Shown here: positions 1 to 11,187 of the stretch, in pieces
Position numbering within the stretch: position 1 is the stretch's first letter
Layout: every line of letters starts with the position of its first letter
Source of the DNA: an uncultured candidate division Zixibacteria bacterium
GTDB lineage: Bacteria > Zixibacteria > MSB-5A5 > GN15 > FEB-12
Reading direction: 5' to 3'
NCBI GenBank assembly: GCA_963664195.1
Contig: OY760907.1
Location: 608,001 to 672,000 of the forward strand
Length of the DNA: 64,000 nt
Made by a program: the position numbers and the translations under genes
Notes under the pieces: generated by a model
Database searches by the model: none
Seen by the model: the letters and a program-made list of their open reading frames with translations, nothing else
Told to the model about the DNA's origin: nothing

Positions 1-1226
1 GTTTCACGCTGATCGTTAAATCGAATCCTGACAGCCGCGTGTTCGGGATGAATATCCTGGGCAGGAACCGAACCGCCAACGAACCGGAAGGGCTGATCGG
101 AATCACCGATTTCGTTAATCGTTGTCTTGAGAAAGGCACGACTACCCGTGATGCCGCCCGCATATCCACCGATCTGGCCGCAATCGGCGCAAATCTCTCC
201 GTGCACGACAATCCGTGGATACCTTTTGATGACCGTTACACAACGCGACGGTTCTCATTCCTCAAGTTTGAAACGATTGAAGAATTCGCTCCGGCCGGTT
301 TTGAGTTATTTGCGGATATAATGCTGCATCCGGCGTTTGACTCGGCTGAGGTCGAAGGTGTGCGACGGTCAATGCTGGGGGTTTGTCGTCGCGGTGCCGG
401 ATCACCCACGAAAACCGCACGTCAACAGTACTATAAGACCTATTTCGGGGGACATCCGTTCGCAAACTCGGTGATGGGAACGCCGGAATCAATCGGCGCA
501 ATCTCAGTCGGTGATCTTCGAAACCACCACAGGCGTTTCTATTCCCCGGAAAACATGATTCTCGCGGTGGTCACCAGCCGTGACACCGCCGAGGTCGCTG
601 CGTGGGCACGTGAGCAGTTCACAGGGCTGGAGCGTGCGGACAGAACGGTAACGAGCGTTGAAAAACCGGCGCCAGTGTTCGTACAGAAAGTCGTCCACAC
701 GGAGATGGAAAGTGCTCAGGTTGGCATCTACGCCGGTGGAAGGGCACCGGGAGCAGGCGATATCGAGGCGGCTGACGTCTCCATTGCAGCCTCGATCCTT
801 TCTTCGCGCCTATATCTCAATCTCCGGGAGAAGCAGGGGTTAGCCTACTCGACGGGCGTCGGAACCAGGTTCGACCGCTCGTTTGGCTGGTATTATCTGG
901 TCGTCAGTACGGGCGTAGATAACTACGACAGGGCTTTCGATGGGCTGTTGCTTCAGACGGAGAAGCTGGCATTCGACGGTCCCACAGCCTCGGAGGTCAC
1001 CAGGGCCAAAAACCAGCTATGGGGCGGACTTATGCGAGCTAAGCTGTCGCGCGCCAATCAGGCCTACTATCTGGCTGAGAACGAGTTCCTCGGACGTCCG
1101 CTGGACTACGACAAACTCCTCCTGGAGCATCTAAACTACGTTGATGTACGCCTGATTCGAAGGGTGGCCTCGAAGTATTTCCGTCCGGAGACCTGGGTTG
1201 TGTCGTCTGCGGGCGGCATGAGGTAG
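1..1226 (+). CDS. M16 family (insulinase-like) zinc peptidase, C-terminal part; gene starts before the window
   Basis: Frame open from position 3; M16 C-terminal motifs (YSPENMILAVV, SRLYLNLREKQGLAYS). Confidence 0.85.
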   Translation, partial: FTLIVKSNPDSRVFGMNILGRNRTANEPEGLIGITDFVNRCLEKGTTTRDAARISTDLAAIGANLSVHDNPWIPFDDRYTTRRFSFLKFETIEEFAPAGFELFADIMLHPAFDSAEVEGVRRSMLGVCRRGAGSPTKTARQQYYKTYFGGHPFANSVMGTPESIGAISVGDLRNHHRRFYSPENMILAVVTSRDTAEVAAWAREQFTGLERADRTVTSVEKPAPVFVQKVVHTEMESAQVGIYAGGRAPGAGDIEAADVSIAASILSSRLYLNLREKQGLAYSTGVGTRFDRSFGWYYLVVSTGVDNYDRAFDGLLLQTEKLAFDGPTASEVTRAKNQLWGGLMRAKLSRANQAYYLAENEFLGRPLDYDKLLLEHLNYVDVRLIRRVASKYFRPETWVVSSAGGMR

Positions 1227-1260
1227 CGCTTTTCATCCCTGTCTTGCGGGTTCGCGTCGC

Positions 1261-1282
1261 CCTAACACAATCCTAACACAAT
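1261..1282 (+). promoter_or_regulatory. Putative PHO-box-like operator (11-bp direct repeat)
   Basis: CCTAACACAAT x2 in perfect tandem, upstream of Na/Pi transporter and phoU-like genes. Confidence 0.6.
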
Positions 1283-1297
1283 ACGAGGCGATAAGGC

Positions 1298-1326
1298 TTG
1301 ACTTAGCAGGTGTGCGTGGGTACTTT
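1298..1326 (+). promoter_or_regulatory. Sigma70-type promoter
   Basis: TTGACT-17bp-TACTTT, 42 bp before the ATG at 1369. Confidence 0.55.
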
Positions 1327-1368
1327 CGCCTCGACTCCAGCAACGGAAACTGCTAACGGAAACGACGA

Positions 1369-2490
1369 ATGGACGATCACACGCCCGGTACGGACACATC
1401 TGGTAGCCTTCATCCGACTGTCGCGCTTGTTCTGCGACTTCTGGCCCTCGCCGGACTGCTTTATCTGTTCATTCTTTCCATATCCTTGCTCGGGGCATCT
1501 TTCAAGCTTGCCGGCAAAGGGGTTGCCGAGTCAATCTTTAGTGCCACGTCCAACCCGGTAGTAGCCTTGATGATAGGCGTTCTTGCCACGGCGATAATCC
1601 AGTCATCATCGACAACGACTTCTATTCTTGTCGGTCTGGTTGGGAGTGGGTTTTTGACGTTCGAGGCCGCGGTTCCAATGGTCATGGGGGCCAATATCGG
1701 CACCACAGTGACCAACCTTTTTGTTTCGCTGGCCCACATTTCTCGTACCGAGGAGTTCAAGCGGGCGTTTGCCGGATCTGTGGTCCACGACATGTTCAAC
1801 CTCTGTGCGGTCGCCGTGCTTCTGCCGCTCCAGGCCTACTTCAACGTCATCGGAGCTTCAGCCCACTATGTCGAGTCGTTCTTCGAGGGATTCGGCGGCC
1901 TCAAATTCAGTTCGCCTTTGGCCGCCGTGACCAAACCGTTGGCAAAGGGGATTATTCACCTGGTACACGACTCTGCCTGGCTTGCGGCGATCATAGCCGT
2001 GATCCTGCTCTTCATCGCCCTGCGGTATATCGTCAAGGTGCTGAAGTCGATGGTGTTGTCCAAAGTCGAGCTGTTCTTCCAGCGATACATTTTCCGTACG
2101 CCGATCCTTGGCCTTTTGCTCGGTATCGCCCTGACGGCGCTGGTGCAGTCATCCTCGATTACAACCTCGCTCGTGGTACCGTTGCTCGGGGCCGGCGTAA
2201 TCACGCTCAACCAGATATTCCCCTATATGATGGGAGCGAATATCGGCACCACGGTTACGGCGTTCCTGGCGTCGTTCGTGACCGGATCCCCCGAGGCGGT
2301 ATCGGTTGCCTTTGCTCACCTCTTGTTTAACGTGTACGGCATGGCCATCTGGTGGCCGTTGAAGAGCGTACCGATCTCCCTGTCGATTAAATTGGCCAAT
2401 GTAACGCAGAAATCGAAGTTGTATCCGATTCTATATATTGTGATCGTATTCTTTGTGATACCCGGACTTGTCCTTCTGGTCATGAGGTAG
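1369..2490 (+). CDS. Na+/Pi cotransporter (NptA/SLC34-like)
   Basis: Hydrophobic protein with two QSSS and GANIGTT repeats. Confidence 0.9.
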   Translation: MDDHTPGTDTSGSLHPTVALVLRLLALAGLLYLFILSISLLGASFKLAGKGVAESIFSATSNPVVALMIGVLATAIIQSSSTTTSILVGLVGSGFLTFEAAVPMVMGANIGTTVTNLFVSLAHISRTEEFKRAFAGSVVHDMFNLCAVAVLLPLQAYFNVIGASAHYVESFFEGFGGLKFSSPLAAVTKPLAKGIIHLVHDSAWLAAIIAVILLFIALRYIVKVLKSMVLSKVELFFQRYIFRTPILGLLLGIALTALVQSSSITTSLVVPLLGAGVITLNQIFPYMMGANIGTTVTAFLASFVTGSPEAVSVAFAHLLFNVYGMAIWWPLKSVPISLSIKLANVTQKSKLYPILYIVIVFFVIPGLVLLVMR

Positions 2491-2495
2491 GAGTT

Positions 2496-3179
2496 ATGTT
2501 TTCGAAGTTCAAAGAACTGTTCTCATCTGAGAACCTCCTTGATGCGGCGTACGAAAAGACACTGACAATGCTTGAGTTTGACTACAAGATGTACGTTGCG
2601 GCTCGCGAAGCGCTTCGCGCGTCCGACACGTCCGATCTTCCCTTCGACATCAAGAAGATTGACCGCCAGATTAACAAGTACGAGCGTGAGGTGCGTCGCA
2701 ACGTGTTGACACACCTTGCCGTATCCGGTACCTCGAATCTGGTGCCGGGGCTGGTGCTTGTTTCGATCGTCATCGACGTTGAGCGGATTGGCGATTTCAC
2801 CAAGAACATCGTCGATCTGGCCCGCAAACATCCCAAGAAACTTAACGGCGGGAAGTCCGAATCAGCTGTTGTTGAAATGGAAACGACTGTTGACGATCAG
2901 ATGAAACAGGTAATCGAGATTCTCAGAAAACAGGAAAAAGGTTCTGCGCGAGAAATCATGCGGGCCGAAAACGATTTCGGCAAAAAGGCCGAGGCAGTGC
3001 TCGAAGACATGATTCTGGCCAAGGACAAGAACCTTAGCACCGGCGACAGTGTCTGTGTGGCGCTTTACGCCCGCTACTTGAAGCGGATCAACGCACATCT
3101 GACGAACATAGCCAGTTCGATTGTCAATCCGTTTCCGCGCATCGGCTTCAGGGAAAAAGACAAGGATATTGATTCCTAG
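2496..3179 (+). CDS. PhoU-domain phosphate uptake regulator
   Basis: DRQINKYE, DVERIGD and RYLKRINAH PhoU-like motifs; follows the Na/Pi transporter. Confidence 0.8.
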   Translation: MFSKFKELFSSENLLDAAYEKTLTMLEFDYKMYVAAREALRASDTSDLPFDIKKIDRQINKYEREVRRNVLTHLAVSGTSNLVPGLVLVSIVIDVERIGDFTKNIVDLARKHPKKLNGGKSESAVVEMETTVDDQMKQVIEILRKQEKGSAREIMRAENDFGKKAEAVLEDMILAKDKNLSTGDSVCVALYARYLKRINAHLTNIASSIVNPFPRIGFREKDKDIDS

Positions 3180-4387
3180 CCAGCCGATCTCCGCTTCAGA
3201 CCAAGACCTACACGCGCCGCAGGCAATAGCTCGTGGCGCCTTATAACGTGAAATACGACCGCCAGCACAATGTATATCCCTGCCACTTCCCACCGAATCT
3301 CAGATACGATAAGCTGAGCCAGGAACAGCCCCAACAACAGAAACCCGCCCGCTTTGGTGAACCTGAGGCTGAGCAGCAGTGCCACCGCAAACAGCGACTG
3401 GGCGGCGGTCAGAATCAACTCCGGCTTCTGCACACCGTCGAGAACGAATGATCGAACATAGCCGCTTGAGATCGAGAACACCAACGGTATTGTACCCACC
3501 AGGAGCGTCCACTGATTAACCTTGGAAGAAATCAGCGCTTTGATAGCCGCTCTGGCAGCGCCTCGCATAGCCCAGGTAATCGCCACAATGAACTCGGGAG
3601 CTTCGGAGGCAATCGGCGCCAGCCACTGGACAAGATAGAACTCATCGATTCCGAGAATCCCGCCCGTCGCAATCAGAGAATCGGCAAAGGGATGGGCGAC
3701 ATAAAAGATCACACCACCGGCATAGATGAAGAAAGCGTACGTAAACACCCGCCGCCAGACCGTGCTCATATTAGCAAGTATCTTAGTCGGTCCGACCAGT
3801 TCCGGTTCCACCGTCTCCATCTGGGCGGCACGGCGCGTGTACATGACGAACAGCGTCACGAGTATGAAGGTATCAAAGAGATTCAGACTGCCCTTGAGGG
3901 GAATCGTGAACGAGTACAAGGTGGCCATCGCCAGATAGAATATCTCAACTCGCTGGGACTCATCAAGAGTCAGTTCTTTGCGCTTCCTGGCCAGGATGAA
4001 CACAAACAACACCACCGGCCAGCCAAGACCGACCAGCAACCGGTTGGCACCGGTCATGTTGGCAATGGCGTAGTGTGACATCTCCGGGTCATGAGCTGCG
4101 GCCCAGGTGAACACGAAATCGACGGCATATTCGGGGAGGACGGCGATAAGCGCCAGGATGGCCACCGCCAGTGATTCGGACATGTCAATCTGGGCGGCCT
4201 CGGCGGCCCACGAAAGAATGAACGCTCCCGCAAAAATGGCAGCGCCAAAAATCAGTGAGCCGAGTACCGGCGCCACAGGCGTATGCGTTATACCAAGGTA
4301 GAGGCCAGGAGTGGTGGCCAGAAACGACAGGACCAGAAAAACGTAGTTACCCGGCTCTACCGTAAGCCTATCTGTAGTGTGTGACAA
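3176..4387 (-). CDS. Na+/Ca2+ (CaCA family) exchanger
   Basis: Multiple TM segments; alpha-repeat motifs AVLPEY..ANMTGAN and ASEAPEF..ALISSKVNQ. Confidence 0.85.
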   Translation of the reverse strand: MSHTTDRLTVEPGNYVFLVLSFLATTPGLYLGITHTPVAPVLGSLIFGAAIFAGAFILSWAAEAAQIDMSESLAVAILALIAVLPEYAVDFVFTWAAAHDPEMSHYAIANMTGANRLLVGLGWPVVLFVFILARKRKELTLDESQRVEIFYLAMATLYSFTIPLKGSLNLFDTFILVTLFVMYTRRAAQMETVEPELVGPTKILANMSTVWRRVFTYAFFIYAGGVIFYVAHPFADSLIATGGILGIDEFYLVQWLAPIASEAPEFIVAITWAMRGAARAAIKALISSKVNQWTLLVGTIPLVFSISSGYVRSFVLDGVQKPELILTAAQSLFAVALLLSLRFTKAGGFLLLGLFLAQLIVSEIRWEVAGIYIVLAVVFHVIRRHELLPAARVGLGLKRRSAG

Positions 4388-4424
4388 TCGAATATCCTCG
4401 AGGAAGTGATAACGAACGCGTGGT

Positions 4425-5330
4425 CTAGCCTCTGATTACCATATTTACGATGTCTTTCCGAAACAGCACGCCAACCAGCCGGTCGCCTTCGGTGACAAAG
4501 ACGCGTTGCGTGTTCTTGAAGACCATCATGGCCGCGACCTCGACAATCCTCGTGTTAGGTGTCGTGACCTCGTAGTCGTCCGAATACAACTGTGCAACCT
4601 TGATTTTGTCTTCCTTCTTGAGCAACTCTTCAAACGGTTCAACATCAATAGAGTAGTTCAAGTTGGATATCAATGACTTGTAGTCCGGCAAAGCGGCCTT
4701 GATCAAATCACGGTCGTCAATGACGCCCATCAGTCGTGCTTCACTATCAACCACAGCAAGCGCCGAGTGAGAAAAGCGGAACATGCGATTGGCGACCTCT
4801 TTCAGTGTATCGTCAATGGTCACCGTCGCGACATTGTGCCGCATGACATCCTTGACCATCAGTTCCTTGTCCACCGTAACACTGGTCTCGGAAATAAGAT
4901 TGATCAGCGCGGCCTTTGACTCGGCCTTGAGCACCTTCTCCAGCGTGTCGGCCTCTCGGGCAAAAGTAGCGAGTCCCGAGAGCGTTTGGAGATACAGCTT
5001 GGCAATGGTCGACGGTGTCAGGAGCAGACAAACGACATGCACCGGGAGGCCATCTGCCCCCTTGTCATCGAGACCCTCGCGGGAAACGCCGAGCAGGATA
5101 TACATCTCGCCGACAGCATCAGTGCGCGCATGAGGGAAGGCAAAACCTCGTCCGTAGGAAGTGTTTTCGATCTCCTCGCGCTCACGGATCGAGTTCAGGA
5201 TTGCGTCAAGATCAACTTTAATCCCCTCGTCCTTGACCATTCCCAGAAGTTCGCGAATCGCATCGTCTTTGGTTCGTGACCGCAAATCCATGTTGATGCG
5301 TCGCTCCATCAGGAGATTAGCGAGCTTCAT
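4425..5330 (-). CDS. PTS EIIA (Ntr/fructose-type) domain fused to a CBS domain pair
   Basis: ERE..ENTSYGRGFAFPHART phospho-His motif, followed by tandem CBS motifs. Confidence 0.85.
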   Translation of the reverse strand: MKLANLLMERRINMDLRSRTKDDAIRELLGMVKDEGIKVDLDAILNSIREREEIENTSYGRGFAFPHARTDAVGEMYILLGVSREGLDDKGADGLPVHVVCLLLTPSTIAKLYLQTLSGLATFAREADTLEKVLKAESKAALINLISETSVTVDKELMVKDVMRHNVATVTIDDTLKEVANRMFRFSHSALAVVDSEARLMGVIDDRDLIKAALPDYKSLISNLNYSIDVEPFEELLKKEDKIKVAQLYSDDYEVTTPNTRIVEVAAMMVFKNTQRVFVTEGDRLVGVLFRKDIVNMVIRG

Positions 5331-5347
5331 TTTCTGCCTCCGCAAAA

Positions 5348-5977
5348 TTAAGTCGAGCCGATTACCTTGTACTTCAGTATCTCCGGAGAGGCTACACCGC
5401 CGGACACAAGGAATTTAATACCGTCTTCTATACTCATGTCAAGCGTCATTACTTGATCTATCGGCACCATGATAACCATTCCCGACACCGGTGTCGGCGT
5501 AGAGGGGACAAAGCAACTGGCGAATTCTCCACCCCCTTCCGCACTCGCAATATGCACCCGTTTGGACACGAAGCAGAGAGCATAGACGTCCTTGCGCGGG
5601 TACTCGATCAGCGCAACTTCCTGGAAGGACTTCTTGTCGGCGTGGGTTACTGCCTCCAGAAGCTGTTTGCTTGCGGAGTAGATCGGGCGAATGAGGGGCA
5701 TACGTGCAAACAGTCGCTCCCCCACCCGGTATATTCTGGCCCCCAGGAGATTGCGTGTCAGAATACCAGCCAGCAGAATAATCAACACCGTTGTCAGGAC
5801 GCCGAGTCCGGTGCGATAGTATCCCAGCAGGTTGTGCAACACCGGCTCGAGAATACCGTCGACAGCCTGAAAAAGAAAGCGCAACACGATGAATGTCAGG
5901 ATGAACGGCACCACGACGAGAACTCCGCTGAGGAACTGCCGTTTGATTACGTCTGATATCGCACTGCCCATAGACAT
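5348..5977 (-). CDS. DUF502 domain membrane protein
   Basis: FLSGVLVVVP, P.IR.IYS, FVPSTPTPVSG and KFLVSGG motifs; start placed at MSMGSA. Confidence 0.85.
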   Translation of the reverse strand: MSMGSAISDVIKRQFLSGVLVVVPFILTFIVLRFLFQAVDGILEPVLHNLLGYYRTGLGVLTTVLIILLAGILTRNLLGARIYRVGERLFARMPLIRPIYSASKQLLEAVTHADKKSFQEVALIEYPRKDVYALCFVSKRVHIASAEGGGEFASCFVPSTPTPVSGMVIMVPIDQVMTLDMSIEDGIKFLVSGGVASPEILKYKVIGST

Positions 5978-6016
5978 ACATCTACCCTGAGTATTAATGT
6001 CAGATCGGTCGAGTCG

Positions 6017-6045
6017 ATTATACCCGACCGATCTGTCAAAGTCAA
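6017..6045 (-). promoter_or_regulatory. Sigma70 promoter for the DUF502 operon, overlapping an inverted repeat
   Basis: TTGACT-17bp-TATAAT on the minus strand. Confidence 0.7.
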
Positions 6046-6062
6046 TTCTTTTGCAGTAACGC

Positions 6063-7580
6063 TTATTTGAGGAGCAGGAACCCGCTGGTCGCGGGGATAT
6101 CTTTGGCGAAGTCAATGATCGGCTGCGGGTACAAACCGACCAGAAAAACACCGATAAGACCGATGACGATAACCGACAACACCGGGACATTCAACCGGAC
6201 CTTGAGCGGCGTGTCTGTTTTGGCGAAATACATCGCCTTCATCACGTTGGCATAGTAGTACAACGCAAAGACCGATGTAATCAACGCCACACCAACCAGC
6301 CAGTACATCCAGTGCATCGATCCGCCCGTACCAGCGATTTTTATCGCGGCGGCAAACACGTAGAACTTGCCGAGGAATCCGGCAAGCGGAGGAATGCCCG
6401 TCAGCGAAAGCAGGAATATCGTCATCGACAGAGCCAGGAACGGGGAGGCCTCAGAGAGACCTGCATACTCGCTGATCTCGCAGCTTCCGGTCTTGTCCTC
6501 AATTACCGTGACAATCGCAAACGCGCCCATGTTGGTGAACAGATAGGCAAACATATAGAAGCCGACCGCCGAGAGGCCGAGCTCATTCATCGACAGCATG
6601 CCAACCATAATGTACCCGGCATGAGCAATCGATGAGTACGCGAGCATGCGCTTGATGTTCGTCTGTCGGATCGCGACGGCGTTGCCGACAATCATGGCGG
6701 CGGCAGCAAGTACGCCCACGAGAATGCCCCAGTCATTGGGACTCATCATGGGCTCAAAGAACATATACAGGCCAATAACAAAGACTTTTACAAACACTAC
6801 CAGACCGGCGGCTTTGGACCCGACTGACAGGAAAGCTGTGATCGGAGTCGGCGCTCCCTGGTAAACATCCGGTGCCCACTGATGAAACGGCGGCAGCGCC
6901 AGCTTGAAACCAATGCCGGCAAGCACGGCCACAGTCGCCAGCACCAGAATGAGACCGATATCGCCACCATGGCTCAGGGCGGTGTTGGCAAGGTTGAAGC
7001 GCATTTGCAAAATGTCAGTCGTACCGGTCAGGCCATAGAGGAAAGACAGACCGTAGAGCAACAATGCCGAGGAGAATGCCCCCATAATCAGGTACTTGAT
7101 ACTCGACTCAACAGAACGCTTGTCATCCTTGAAGAACCCCGCCAAAACAAACAGTGGGATGGTCGTCAATTCAAGACCGATGTACAGCGAGAGCAGCTCC
7201 GACGACGATGCCAGGAACATCATGCCGACAGTCGATAGAAGGATCAGCCCGAGGAATTCACCCCGGTGTTTGACGATCTTCTCCTGCATGATGCCAAACG
7301 TACTGCCGATCGTCATGAAAGCGGCACCCAGAAAAACAACCTTGAAGAACATCGCCATCGGGTCATTGCGGAACATATTGCCGAATCCGGAACCGTAGTC
7401 TCCAAAGATCGCCATGAGGATTCCACTGACGACCAGACCGGCCATGGCGAGATAACCGACAGTTGTGCCGGACTCTCGTTTAGTAACAATATCGAAAGTG
7501 ATGACCAGCATTGCCCAGACAAACAGGACGATCTCCGGTAACATCAGTTGCAGATTGTAATCTGGCAGTTGGAACTCCAT
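6063..7580 (-). CDS. nuoN: NADH-quinone oxidoreductase subunit N
   Basis: GFKLALPPFHQWAPDVYQGAPTP, KRMLAYSSIAH; last gene of the operon. Confidence 0.95.
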   Translation of the reverse strand: MEFQLPDYNLQLMLPEIVLFVWAMLVITFDIVTKRESGTTVGYLAMAGLVVSGILMAIFGDYGSGFGNMFRNDPMAMFFKVVFLGAAFMTIGSTFGIMQEKIVKHRGEFLGLILLSTVGMMFLASSSELLSLYIGLELTTIPLFVLAGFFKDDKRSVESSIKYLIMGAFSSALLLYGLSFLYGLTGTTDILQMRFNLANTALSHGGDIGLILVLATVAVLAGIGFKLALPPFHQWAPDVYQGAPTPITAFLSVGSKAAGLVVFVKVFVIGLYMFFEPMMSPNDWGILVGVLAAAAMIVGNAVAIRQTNIKRMLAYSSIAHAGYIMVGMLSMNELGLSAVGFYMFAYLFTNMGAFAIVTVIEDKTGSCEISEYAGLSEASPFLALSMTIFLLSLTGIPPLAGFLGKFYVFAAAIKIAGTGGSMHWMYWLVGVALITSVFALYYYANVMKAMYFAKTDTPLKVRLNVPVLSVIVIGLIGVFLVGLYPQPIIDFAKDIPATSGFLLLK

Positions 7581-7584
7581 CTTG

Positions 7585-9069
<1,485 letters not shown>

Positions 9070-9096
9070 TCTATTTCAAAGCCTCCAGAAACAGAG

Positions 9097-11178
9097 CTAT
9101 TTTTCACCTTTAGTAGCGTCGGCGGTTTCTTTTTTTGCAGATCTTCGCCCCATAAAAGCCAGTATCAGCGTTCCTCCGAGGAAGATCAGCGTGAGGATCG
9201 GCCAATTACCTTCGATTCTCTCACTCTCGAATTTTGCCACCGCTATCGCCACGATTACCAACAACACAAACAGAGCGTAGAATTGCACAGCGCCGGACTG
9301 CAAGAACCGAAGTCCCGACCCAAGCTTGCGAACCAACCAACCGGAGCCGTTCACGGCACCGTCGATGACCCACGTATCGAACAACTGCTTGAGAGCAGAC
9401 CAGACCATGACCAGTTTTGCGGCCCCGTTCACCAGACCGTCGATAATGCCGGCATCGAACGACCACATGAGTCGAGCGAAGGCCATGATCGGCTTGAGAA
9501 GGATGAAGCCGTACAGTTCGTCAAAGTACCATTTGTTCATCAAGAACGTATGCAGCGGGCGGACCTTGTCAGCAATAGCGTCGGCATTCCAGACCTTCTT
9601 GTAGAAAACAAGATAGGCCAAAACAATACCGCCAACGGCAACCGTCGAAGCAATTGCGATATTGACGAAATCCCAATGCGTGTGGTAAGGTTCACCAAAA
9701 TAAGCGAAGGAAGAGAATCCGTGCATTCCCGGGATACCGACCCAACCGGCACCAACAGCAAGACAACCGAGGAACACCAGCGGCCAGGCCATGACGCCCG
9801 GAGACTCGTGCGCGTGATCATACCGATCCTGGTTGCGCGGTTTGCCAAAGAACGTCAGGAAACAAAGTCGCCACATATAGAATGCCGTCATAAAGGCCAC
9901 CAGCAGGGTGAAGAAATAAAACACCGGGTGGTGCGCCGTGGCGGCGACAATTTCATCTTTGGACCAGAAGCCGGCCAACGGGAATATACCGGCAATCGAC
10001 GCTGAGGCTATCAGGAAGGTCCAGCCGGTCTTGGGCATCTTCTTGAGAAGTCCGCCCATCTCTTGAATATCATTCGTATGCACCGCGTGGATGACGGAAC
10101 CCGCACCAAGGAACAGAAGCCCCTTGAAGAAGGCGTGGGTCATCAGGTGGAACGTACCGGCGTAGAAACCGGGTGAATGATGCCCCATTGCCTTGTCGAC
10201 CCCGAACAGGCCGAGGGCCATGATCATATATCCGAGCTGACTGACCGTCGAGTAGGCCAGCACACGCTTAATATCGTTTTGAACCAGCGCGATTGTCGCC
10301 GCGATAAACGAAGTTGTGATACCGATGATCGCAACCACCATCGATGCGTCCTCTGAGGCGACAAACACACTCATCGACCTCGCAACGAGGTATACACCAG
10401 CGGCCACCATTGTAGCGGCGTGGATCAGCGCCGACACCGGGGTGGGGCCTTCCATCGCGTCCGGCAGCCACACGTGGAGCGGGAACTGAGCCGACTTGCC
10501 GACCGCGCCGCAGAAAAGGAAAATCGCAGCGACCGTCAATAGACCGGCAGGAATCACACCCGCCCCGATCTGTTCAAACACGCTCTGATAATTGAACGTA
10601 CCGCAGCAGGTGCCTATTATCAGCAAACCGACAATGAACCCTAGATCACCGATACGAGTCGTGATGAACGCCTTCTTGCCGGCGCTGGCGGCAACCTTCT
10701 TCTCAAACCAGAAGCCGATCAACAGGTACGAGGTCAGCCCGACCAGTTCCCAGAAGATGAAGATCATGAAGAAGTTGTTGGCCAGGACCAAACCGAACAT
10801 CGAGAACAGGAACAGCGACAGATAAGCGAAGAACCTGCTGAATCTCGGATCGCCGTGCATGTAGCCCAGCGAGTATATTTGGACACAACTACCGACCGTC
10901 GCCACCACGACCAGCATAATGGCAGTGAGTGGATCGACCAGAATACCTATCTCGAAATTGAGAGAGGCAAACGATGTCAGGTAATAGAAGACCTCATACC
11001 GTGCGCTGCCCCCGGTCGAAACGGTCTCGATCAAAACCCAGACCGACATCACCCAGACGATGAGGATCATGGTAATCGAGAAGCCGGAGGCAACCGCTTC
11101 CTTCCAGCGGAGGAAGAAAACGATCATGCAAAATGAAAACAGCGGCAGGAGAGGTATGAGCCATGCATATTCAGTCAT
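9097..11178 (-). CDS. nuoL: NADH-quinone oxidoreductase subunit L with an extended lateral helix
   Basis: GKSAQFPLHVWLPDAMEGPTPVSALIHAATM; duplicated FD..(I/V)IDG.VNG motif. Confidence 0.95.
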   Translation of the reverse strand: MTEYAWLIPLLPLFSFCMIVFFLRWKEAVASGFSITMILIVWVMSVWVLIETVSTGGSARYEVFYYLTSFASLNFEIGILVDPLTAIMLVVVATVGSCVQIYSLGYMHGDPRFSRFFAYLSLFLFSMFGLVLANNFFMIFIFWELVGLTSYLLIGFWFEKKVAASAGKKAFITTRIGDLGFIVGLLIIGTCCGTFNYQSVFEQIGAGVIPAGLLTVAAIFLFCGAVGKSAQFPLHVWLPDAMEGPTPVSALIHAATMVAAGVYLVARSMSVFVASEDASMVVAIIGITTSFIAATIALVQNDIKRVLAYSTVSQLGYMIMALGLFGVDKAMGHHSPGFYAGTFHLMTHAFFKGLLFLGAGSVIHAVHTNDIQEMGGLLKKMPKTGWTFLIASASIAGIFPLAGFWSKDEIVAATAHHPVFYFFTLLVAFMTAFYMWRLCFLTFFGKPRNQDRYDHAHESPGVMAWPLVFLGCLAVGAGWVGIPGMHGFSSFAYFGEPYHTHWDFVNIAIASTVAVGGIVLAYLVFYKKVWNADAIADKVRPLHTFLMNKWYFDELYGFILLKPIMAFARLMWSFDAGIIDGLVNGAAKLVMVWSALKQLFDTWVIDGAVNGSGWLVRKLGSGLRFLQSGAVQFYALFVLLVIVAIAVAKFESERIEGNWPILTLIFLGGTLILAFMGRRSAKKETADATKGEK

Positions 11179-11187
11179 TGTTCACTC

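Noticed and set aside
5978..6190. N-terminal extensions of ORF-track calls (DUF502; similarly nuoC, the hybrid kinase, phoU, porin)
   Set aside because: They overlap neighbouring genes or promoters; downstream starts fit the family N-termini better
9283..10005. Long antisense ORFs such as the 240-aa ORF opposite nuoL
   Set aside because: Shadow frames expected in GC-rich coding DNA; no recognisable motifs
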